A stretch of 64,000 nucleotides of DNA from Cyanobacteria bacterium J06633_8 (GTDB lineage Bacteria; Cyanobacteriota; Cyanobacteriia; Cyanobacteriales; Nostocaceae). The notes under the pieces are model-generated. The model made no database searches, was not told the origin of the DNA, and was given only the letters and a program-made list of their open reading frames with translations. The stretch is from contig JBCBPQ010000003.1 in the NCBI GenBank assembly GCA_039820645.1, forward strand, positions 54,913 through 118,912. Direction: 5' to 3'. This document shows, piece after piece, positions 1 through 7,613 of the stretch. The position numbers were made by a program, and so were the translations under genes. Every line of letters starts with the position of its first letter. Positions within the stretch are counted from its first letter, which is position 1.

Positions 1-1
1 T

Positions 2-340
2 GAGATTTTTAATTAATTTATCTCGGATTGGACGAAATTCTTCAGAATAAAACCATTTTTGCAAATTAATCCTCAAATCATCTGCATTTTTCTCACATTT
101 CACAACTGTTTCAGGAGTGATTTCATAATGTTCTCTCTCTGAACTTGAACTACGTCGTCTTCCACCTAAATCGCAATAGATATCTTGCCATTGTTTGTAC
201 TTAACATTAATTGGAACACCAGGTAATTTAGCATCTTTTTGAATATTAGATATTAAACCTTCTTCACCAATTTGAAGAGTGACAGGAAATCCTTGATTAA
301 AATCACCATCACCTATTTTTAAAACTACTCGCTTACCCAT
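2..340 (-). CDS. N-terminal part of a large multidomain protein with a CHAT-protease-type N-terminus; the gene continues past the left edge
   Basis: I hand-translated the minus strand from the ATG at 340-338. It stays open to the window edge: MGKRVVLKIGDGDFNQGFPVTLQIGEEG..KLPGVP..KQWQDIYCDLG..LQKWFYSEEFRPIRDKL. I recall this pattern at the start of large cyanobacterial CHAT-domain proteins. The catalytic domain would lie outside the window. It is missing from the ORF track because it is truncated. Confidence 0.5.
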   Translation of the reverse strand, partial: MGKRVVLKIGDGDFNQGFPVTLQIGEEGLISNIQKDAKLPGVPINVKYKQWQDIYCDLGGRRRSSSSEREHYEITPETVVKCEKNADDLRINLQKWFYSEEFRPIRDKLIKNL

Positions 341-367
341 TTATCAATCCTATTCAAGTTACTTCAG

Positions 368-1120
368 TTAAACAATAAATTCTTGGATTACGTTTATATT
401 TTCTAGACTTATTTTGATACTAAATTTTTTTCCAGAAGTCGCGGTTATTCTACGTTGAATGTAATAACTATTAGTCTTAGCTTCTGCTTCTATAACTTTT
501 CCTTCTACATCAATTACAGGTTCCCCAGATGCTTCTAAAACAGTAAACTTTAAACCTTCTGGTAAAAATACTTCACCCCCAGATGGATAGACTTGTATAA
601 GCACCTTAATTGTTTGATTTGCTTCTCTACTTAAAGCAATCAATAAGATTACAGTTTGCTTTCCAACATCAGTTTCAAAATTAATTACTTTACCACGCTT
701 AATATCACTTCTAACTACAACTAACTTCGCTCCAAAAGCCCTTTCTAATACATCCACAGTCTTCCAAGCAGAAGCGTTAATTGTCCCTTGCAACCAATTA
801 TTTAAATTGACTAAACTTTCCTCGGGTACATCTGACTCAATAGCAGTTGTGGTTTCAGAAAAAATTATTTCTTGACTTAAATCAGATGACTTTCTCGCAA
901 TAAACTTTGTGAATCGCTTATTTTCTCTAAAAGCAACAAAAATAATCCCAGCAATAAAGCTAAAACCCACTAAAAAACCTGGAGGATTACCCTTAGTTAA
1001 TATCAGCAACAACAGCAAACCAATAAAAACTTGAACAGTTTGCTGGAATAGAGAAATCAACCCGTCTCTAGCTTCCTCATATAAACTAATTTCGTTACGG
1101 TTGACCCGAGCCATTTCCAA
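368..1120 (-). CDS. Membrane-anchored protein with a DUF1822-like C-terminal domain
   Basis: 250-aa ORF with two N-terminal hydrophobic helices (VQVFIGLLLLLIL, FLVGFSFIAGIIFVAF). The C-terminus (NNWLQ..AW..IKRGKVI..VILLIAL..IKVLIQVYPSGGEVFLPEGLKFTVLEASGE..YIQRR..GKKFSIKISL) matches the C-terminal pattern I recall for cyanobacterial DUF1822. It lies 27 nt upstream of the CHAT-type gene and 4 nt downstream of the previous gene. Confidence 0.6.
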   Translation of the reverse strand: MEMARVNRNEISLYEEARDGLISLFQQTVQVFIGLLLLLILTKGNPPGFLVGFSFIAGIIFVAFRENKRFTKFIARKSSDLSQEIIFSETTTAIESDVPEESLVNLNNWLQGTINASAWKTVDVLERAFGAKLVVVRSDIKRGKVINFETDVGKQTVILLIALSREANQTIKVLIQVYPSGGEVFLPEGLKFTVLEASGEPVIDVEGKVIEAEAKTNSYYIQRRITATSGKKFSIKISLENINVIQEFIV

Positions 1121-1124
1121 TACC

Positions 1125-1550
1125 TCAATTATTATTTATTAAGTTTGGTAATTCTTGCCAGAAACGAATTAATAGTCTACCTGCAATCACTATCCAAAGT
1201 AAAAAGTCAGATATGACAATAATAAAACATGCATAACGCAATACACCTAGTGCATTTTCTTGAAGACAAGTATCAAAACTCGAAAAATTCTTTCCTATAA
1301 TTAACTTTCCAAGCAAACCAGGAATCTTACATAAAAGTGCAAGTGCGATCGCATCTTGTATTGTCAGATAAAAAATTCTCCACCACTCACCCAATAGACG
1401 TTGACCCAATACATCTATAGGTTCTAGTACCTGGTCTAAAAACTTCTCTATTCCTCTAGCCACTTTTGTCTTTGGCTGAAGAATTTGTGGATTACTCACC
1501 CCTGTACTTGCTGAGGTCTGGGATGTACCAGCATTGTGCGATTGTTTCAT
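1125..1550 (-). CDS. Small integral membrane protein, unknown function
   Basis: 141-aa ORF with 2-3 hydrophobic segments (IFYLTIQDAIALALLCKIPGLL, ACFIIVISDFLLWIVIAG). It is the first gene of a tightly spaced three-gene minus-strand unit. Confidence 0.5.
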   Translation of the reverse strand: MKQSHNAGTSQTSASTGVSNPQILQPKTKVARGIEKFLDQVLEPIDVLGQRLLGEWWRIFYLTIQDAIALALLCKIPGLLGKLIIGKNFSSFDTCLQENALGVLRYACFIIVISDFLLWIVIAGRLLIRFWQELPNLINNN

Positions 1551-1895
1551 TTTACTCTTGCGTAATCAAATTATATTCCTGCCTAATTTAGATATAAATA
1601 TTACCATCTATCAAGAGAATATATGCAATAAATACTTTTTAATTACAAGCCAAAGATGATAGATACAAATAATGTTCGGGTAAATGTTCTTGATAATACA
1701 AAAAAAATAATTATTAGTAAGCTTCGGAACTCAAATTGCTTATCAATATGGTTTTATACTTTGCTCCCTATTCCCAAATCTGGCGTTCGTTCCTTCTCTT
1801 AAAAATATTTAATTAGTATACTTGTCACTTAAGAGCCAATATTATTGAATCTGTAACCTATAAACTATTTTCATCAATCAGGGAGAAAATCTACT

Positions 1896-2498
1896 ATGAC
1901 AGCACAGAAAATTTTGATGATTGTTGGAGACTATGTAGAAGATTATGAAGTGATGGTTCCCTTCCAAGCTTTACAAATGGTTGGACATACCGTTGATGCT
2001 GTATGTCCCGACAAAAACACTGGTGACAAAGTCAAAACAGCTATCCATGATTTTGAAGGAGATCAAACTTACAGCGAAAAACCCGGTCATAATTTTACTT
2101 TAAATGCTGATTTTGCCACAGTAAACGAAAAAAACTATCATGCCCTAGTTATTCCTGGAGGTAGGGCACCGGAATATATCCGTTTAAATCAAAGAGTATT
2201 AGAAATAACTGGGTATTTTGCTCGAACAAATAAACCTATTGCTGCAATCTGTCATGGTTTACAAGTTTTAGCCGCTGCTAATGTCTTGCATGGTAAAACC
2301 TGTACTGCATACCCTGCCTGTAGCCCGGATGTAATTAGCGCTGGCGGCAAATACGTAGAAGTAAGTGCATCGGAAGTAGTAGTTGATGGTAACTTAGTAA
2401 CTGCTCCTGCTTGGCCAGCCCATCCTTATTGGTTAGCGGAATTTCTGAAAGTACTTGGTACTAAAATAGAGCATCCCATAATGATTCCAACCCTATAA
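1896..2498 (+). CDS. DJ-1/PfpI family protein (type 1 glutamine amidotransferase-like, PfpI-type protease/deglycase)
   Basis: 200 aa with the nucleophile elbow [10 protein letters not shown] and the [11 protein letters not shown] motif. GGAG lies upstream of the ATG. Confidence 0.85.
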   Translation: MTAQKILMIVGDYVEDYEVMVPFQALQMVGHTVDAVCPDKNTGDKVKTAIHDFEGDQTYSEKPGHNFTLNADFATVNEKNYHALVIPGGRAPEYIRLNQRVLEITGYFARTNKPIAAICHGLQVLAAANVLHGKTCTAYPACSPDVISAGGKYVEVSASEVVVDGNLVTAPAWPAHPYWLAEFLKVLGTKIEHPIMIPTL

Positions 2499-2534
2499 AT
2501 AAATCAATCAATGGATTCGATTAGATATTGTTAA

Positions 2535-2569
2535 TTTGCCAGTATTTAATACGGGAGCATACTGGCAAA
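2535..2569 (+). terminator. Stem-loop downstream of the DJ-1/PfpI gene (weak terminator candidate)
   Basis: Perfect 11-bp stem TTTGCCAGTAT / ATACTGGCAAA with a 13-nt loop, 37 nt after the stop. There is no clear U-tract. Confidence 0.3.
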
Positions 2570-3022
2570 TTGACTCACTCACTTATAAAATTCCCTAAGC
2601 CAATATCTTCTCAAGGGAAAGTAAAAAAAGTTTACTAATAAAAAATTTTAACAACCCTATATTGATATTTTTTATTTTATAAATACAGATTATCCTTTAA
2701 GTCAAGACTGTAAATATACAGTTGAACTAAACTACATAAAACTAACTTTTTTTGATGACTATTACCATGCTTAAAATTTATAATTCTACAAAGCCAAAAT
2801 ACTCAATGTGGCGTAGACTAAGATGATGGGTGATTTACCGAATGCTTTTTACGACAGCCGACAGGACTTTTCCTTCTAAAGTTTCACTTCTTCTAAAGCG
2901 CAAACTATGGTCAACTATAGTGTATTAATAAGCCGTCGTAAAAAATATAAATAAAGTTGCTCCCGTTGAATCTTAGTGACAACAAAACCCATTTATTATA
3001 GTTGAGAAATAATACTGACTTG

Positions 3023-4393
3023 ATGACAGGCAAAAACGCGAGACAGAATGCATTTCTGCGGCTAGTGTCTGGTAAAGAATCAGAAACACCATCGGTTCGT
3101 CAACGCTACTCGCTAATTCCAACCTCAGAGGCAGTAATTGGACGGGATCCTCACTGTCAAGTTGTATTGGATGCATTAAAGTATCGCATGGTATCTCGCC
3201 GTCATGCGGTAATTCGCCCTTTAACCTTATCTCCCGATGGTGAAATCAGTTGGGTACTTTGCGATTTAAATAGTGCTAACGGTACTTATCTTAATGGGAA
3301 ACGCTTGCAGGAATGTCAGCAAGTTTTTCGTGGCGATCGCATCACTTTAGGTTACGATGGACCTCAATTAATCTTTAGCTGCGAAACAGTCGAACAAAGA
3401 ACCACATTTTCTGGCGATACACCCCTTGCTGGCACAACGAATTCCCACAAATATTCCAAGTCAGCAGATTCAGTTAGCTTTACTCAATTATTTCCTATAG
3501 TTTCCACAGGCAAAGACTTAACTAGTAAAGCCTATTTAATACCTGGAATTTTAACAGTTATATTTGTAGTACTAATGTTTGCTACGGTAGGAAAACCGCA
3601 AGCAAATCAAGTTATAGTCGCTGTTTATATTGCTTTTGCTGCTTACTATTTTATTTATCAGCTATGTGGAAAGCATAAACCTTGGTGGGTTTTAATGACT
3701 GTAGCTTTATCTACAGCTTTAATTTTAGTTAGCCCCATTCTGGATTTATTTATTTTTGTATTTCGTGAAATTCTACCCGGTAGATTGCCTACGGCACAAG
3801 AACCAATAACTTTTACAGAATTGCTAGTACGGATGTTTTTCGGTGCTGGCTTAATGGAAGAACTACTTAAAATATTGCCAGTTATAGGTATATATCTTAT
3901 CGGTTTAAAACTATCTTCACCTTGGAAAGAGCGGGTTGGAGTTTGGGAACCACTAGACGGCATCCTACTTGGTGCGGCTTCTGCTGTAGGTTTTACATTA
4001 TTGGAAACTCTAGGTCAGTATGTGCCAGAAGCTACTCAAAGTGCTGCTATTCAATCGGGAACGGAAACAGGACAATTAGTCGGTTTACAGCTACTAATTC
4101 CTCGAATATTAGGTTCTGTGGCAGGGCATATGGCTTACAGTGGATACCTCGGATATTTCATCGGTTTAGCCGTACTTAAACCAAAATTAGGGAGACAAAT
4201 TTTATTAGTTGGCTATCTTAGCGCTTCAGCACTTCATGCCTTATGGAATACAACTGGTGCTAATAACGCTCTACTCTTAGTTCTTGTAGGTGTATTATCT
4301 TATGCTTTTTTAATGGCTGCAATTCTTAAAGCACGAGCTCTTTCACCCAATCGCGAGCAGAATTTTGCCACACGCTTTTTCGGTAACAAGTAA
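3023..4393 (+). CDS. FHA domain fused to a PrsW-family intramembrane protease
   Basis: The N-terminus carries FHA motifs (VIGRDPHCQVVL, SRRHAVI, CDLNSANGTYLNGKRL). It is followed by about 7 hydrophobic helices with protease-type motifs: EELLK, HMAYSGYLGY and HALWN. The track starts at TTG 3002; the in-frame ATG at 3023 is preferred. Confidence 0.8.
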   Translation: MTGKNARQNAFLRLVSGKESETPSVRQRYSLIPTSEAVIGRDPHCQVVLDALKYRMVSRRHAVIRPLTLSPDGEISWVLCDLNSANGTYLNGKRLQECQQVFRGDRITLGYDGPQLIFSCETVEQRTTFSGDTPLAGTTNSHKYSKSADSVSFTQLFPIVSTGKDLTSKAYLIPGILTVIFVVLMFATVGKPQANQVIVAVYIAFAAYYFIYQLCGKHKPWWVLMTVALSTALILVSPILDLFIFVFREILPGRLPTAQEPITFTELLVRMFFGAGLMEELLKILPVIGIYLIGLKLSSPWKERVGVWEPLDGILLGAASAVGFTLLETLGQYVPEATQSAAIQSGTETGQLVGLQLLIPRILGSVAGHMAYSGYLGYFIGLAVLKPKLGRQILLVGYLSASALHALWNTTGANNALLLVLVGVLSYAFLMAAILKARALSPNREQNFATRFFGNK

Positions 4394-4468
4394 TTAGTTG
4401 TTAGTTGTTAGTTGTTAGTTGTTAGTTGTTAGTTATTAGTAATTAGTTGTTAGTTATTCGTCAATTTT
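4392..4468. repeat. STRR heptanucleotide tandem repeat (TTAGTTG and variants)
   Basis: About 10 contiguous 7-nt units starting right after the FHA-PrsW stop. Confidence 0.85.
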
Positions 4469-5092
4469 ATTTACAATTATTTGTTTATCCGATAAAAGTA
4501 GCTACTAGTTATTTGTCATATTTTGCTTCTGTTGTTCGTAATTTTTTAGTTGCTGCTCTTCAATAAAATTTGCTATTTATAGTTTTTACCTATCGATTTA
4601 TTAACTGGCTCCCCTCGAACTTTTTGAATATTAGTTTTATCACCCACCTGTAAATTATGGTCAATCCATTTTAAATCAATCTTATTCTTTACTCGGATAT
4701 AGAATCAGTTCTTTTTTCATAGTTAGTAATAGCCTTTAAGGAACCTTTTCCTTCAAAACCTGCAATACAAACTAGTTATTCATTAAGCAATATTAAGCAA
4801 TACTTAAAAAACAATAATTTATATATACCAGCGATTTGCAGCGATTAAACAATATCTTTACTGATACTGTATTAGACAAAATTTGTCTTTATAGCTTTAT
4901 CAAAAAGCATATTGTTTTAATATGTCTTTTGATAGATGAGACTGGAGAATTAACTATTTTATCCTTTATATATAATGGGAAAATCTAACCCAAAGAAAGA
5001 AAAATCCTGAAAATAGTATAGCCCCAGTCATAGAGAACACAACGACGGTGATATTTCCACTGCTATTAGAGTAGATAATGGCGAAAAAATAA

Positions 5093-5749
5093 TTACTCTT
5101 CTGACTGAAAACTATCTAACTGGTTTAGTGCATGATAAGCAACCGCTAAACCTGCTTTTGCTTGCTCAATTTCTGATAAAGCTCCCCACTCATGGTTGTT
5201 GTTGCGATCTAAATTAGCCAAAGTTGATTCAACCCTTTTAGATTCCCCACTTCTGGTTGCGTAAGCTAACGGACGAGCTAAAACCATAATGTCGTCAACT
5301 TCTAAACTCGGTAATACAGCTTTGACACATTCAATCAGTTGCTCAGTCATCGACTGTTTTTCATTGAAAATTTCTGCTGCTTTTTGAGCAATCAAGTTTA
5401 TCCAAGATGACGGCATACTATTAGAAAATTCTTTCTGTAAATTCTTTTGAAGTTTAACCTCAACTGCTAAATTTGTATTACAATTGTCGTGCGGTAAAGT
5501 TTCAACTTTAGACCAAAGTGCATCTAACTGATTGTAGAAGCTTTCACTACGGGTGCTTATTTCTTCCTCTAGCAAATCTTGCATAAGAAATTGTTCTTCA
5601 GTTTGATTAAAGTAAGCTTGTGTATCCTCATCTCCAGGATTCCAAGGGTAGCTATTGTCTTCCGGCTCCAATAAAGTTGCAAGTAAATCCAATTCGACTT
5701 GAGAAAGTGAATTGTTAAAATTTGTTGAACCTTTGATTTTGTCAGCCAT
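5093..5749 (-). CDS. Conserved acidic hypothetical protein, last gene of the PP2C/CHAT operon
   Basis: The ORF is open to 5818, but the ATG at 5749 (MADKIKGST..) is preceded by GGAG. The protein is acidic and helical, with no motif I recognise. Confidence 0.6.
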   Translation of the reverse strand: MADKIKGSTNFNNSLSQVELDLLATLLEPEDNSYPWNPGDEDTQAYFNQTEEQFLMQDLLEEEISTRSESFYNQLDALWSKVETLPHDNCNTNLAVEVKLQKNLQKEFSNSMPSSWINLIAQKAAEIFNEKQSMTEQLIECVKAVLPSLEVDDIMVLARPLAYATRSGESKRVESTLANLDRNNNHEWGALSEIEQAKAGLAVAYHALNQLDSFQSEE

Positions 5750-5929
5750 GTGTTGTCTCCTTTTGTGTTTGGGTTTAGGATATTGACAGCTACAGAACCT
5801 AGTCTTTGATTTCCGCAAACTGAAACTTTATTTTATCCAGTAAAAAGCTTTTGATTTTGAGTAACTGTGTAGGCTCTATGTTAATACTCAAAGCAGTAAT
5901 AACACCAAAAAACATAAATTTCTAATCTG

Positions 5930-7495
5930 CTAATTTTCTATACGAAATTCCCAGGTTTGACTTTTAGTGCTGCCAAACTTTAGATGCATTCCCGATTCTA
6001 AAGGTACTTCCCGTCGGTAAATTTGCTCCCAACCGCCAGAGCGTAAAACCCAAGTTGTACCGTAGGTAGATAAATCTTGTAAATAATAAGTTTGTACTTG
6101 AATATCGCCATTGAGATTATTACGACGTAGAATTTCAGCGTGACGCTTTGAAACCGAAGGTTCTCTGATTACAATATCATTTTCTTTTATGCGACCAATG
6201 CGAGTCACCCCCGGTTTGAGTAAATAACTTCTACCTCCTACTTGTAGCGAACGTAGAGAAACATTTGCACTACCAGGAATAAAAGTTGTTGGTATTTCTG
6301 TAGCACCTTCCTCAAAGCTTTTAAGTAATTCCCCATCAAAGTGAGGGTGTAGGTAAAGAACAGGTAAAGTCCAAGCTGGTTGGTTGAAATGATAAATAGT
6401 TAGTAATCTTTTTCTACCTTCGGCGACGGCTTCATCAATGGGTTTGCGGCTGCGTAAAGCCAAAGCAAAAGTTTGAATAAAGCTGTGACTTTCTTCATCA
6501 GTAATTTCGTCGCGCATTCCCAGAACCGCTGGAACACCTTGGCGTATAAGAACTTCAGCCAAGCTGCTATGGGCAATAGCTTTATTTTTATCCGAGAAAG
6601 GTTGTGCTCCCCAACAAGCATTAAAAACTGCTAGTTTTACATTACTGCGCGTTAAAGCTTGAGCTAATTCCATGCCGTTAAAGGTCATATCCTTTTGTAA
6701 AAATAGAAACCCCCCATCAGGTCCTGGCAAGCCATGACCGGCATAGAAGAAAACATTATAAGCTTTGGTTTCTAGCTCTGAAATTAGCTTTTGTGGAGTT
6801 GGTTTTACCAGTGTCTTTACTAAGCAAGGAGCGTATCCGGCAGAATTATTACCTACAGAATTTCCTCCAGATAGAGTTTGTTGAAGAATGCTTGCTTCTG
6901 CTTCTAGCTGGAGATTTTCATCTTCTCCTAAAACCAATAAGATATTTAGAGCCCGATCACTTTGTGAAGAAGACAAGGGTTCAACTTGAGAAGTAGTACG
7001 GCTAAATAATAAATGTTGGGAAAGCGACATTGCCGGTTGTCCGGGTTCGCGCTGCATAATTTCCCAAGGAAGGGCAATTAAATCTGGTTCGCGGATTTCC
7101 AGTCGAAAACGTAAGCGTGTATGCTGGCCCATAGCGATTCCACGACTTCGTTCCAAACTGCCGAGAATTTCTCCTTGAAATACCCAACGCCATAAACTAA
7201 CTCCCATATATTGCATCAAACGACTGCTGTAACTGGTTTTTTTGCCAGAAGTGGGTGATAGAGAATTTAATTGGAGGGGTATAGAGTTTTCGGACTTATT
7301 TTGTGGCGATATGTCTAAGCGAGAATGTCCGGCAAACATTTGTTGCCATTCTTGCCAAGCTTGATTTAGTTCTTCTGACCACAAGCAATCATGTAGAACA
7401 TAACCACTGGGATAGGGGGCATTCACCACCCAAATGGCGAAATTGTCAGTGCCAGTGTGAACGAGACGGGCGATCGCCAGGTTAAGGGATGGCAT
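5930..7495 (-). CDS. CHAT-domain (caspase-like, clan CD) protease with a C-terminal FHA domain
   Basis: His/Cys dyad context FFYAGHG ... LAVFNACWG. The C-terminus has FHA motifs: TRIGRIKENDIVI, SKRHAEI and LQDLSTYGTTWV. Confidence 0.8.
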   Translation of the reverse strand: MPSLNLAIARLVHTGTDNFAIWVVNAPYPSGYVLHDCLWSEELNQAWQEWQQMFAGHSRLDISPQNKSENSIPLQLNSLSPTSGKKTSYSSRLMQYMGVSLWRWVFQGEILGSLERSRGIAMGQHTRLRFRLEIREPDLIALPWEIMQREPGQPAMSLSQHLLFSRTTSQVEPLSSSQSDRALNILLVLGEDENLQLEAEASILQQTLSGGNSVGNNSAGYAPCLVKTLVKPTPQKLISELETKAYNVFFYAGHGLPGPDGGFLFLQKDMTFNGMELAQALTRSNVKLAVFNACWGAQPFSDKNKAIAHSSLAEVLIRQGVPAVLGMRDEITDEESHSFIQTFALALRSRKPIDEAVAEGRKRLLTIYHFNQPAWTLPVLYLHPHFDGELLKSFEEGATEIPTTFIPGSANVSLRSLQVGGRSYLLKPGVTRIGRIKENDIVIREPSVSKRHAEILRRNNLNGDIQVQTYYLQDLSTYGTTWVLRSGGWEQIYRREVPLESGMHLKFGSTKSQTWEFRIEN

Positions 7496-7613
7496 GGATT
7501 CTGTAAACTTAAAGGTAAAATGAAATAACTACATAGCTAAATTTTTTCAGGCAAAATGTTTGCCTAGAATTTTTTTTCAGGCGATGACCTGGATTATTTC
7601 AGTTTCTTATAGT

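Noticed and set aside
2973-3176. Minus-strand 67-aa ORF overlapping the start of the FHA-PrsW gene
   Set aside because: It is antisense to a gene with clear FHA motifs, and it has no motif or RBS.
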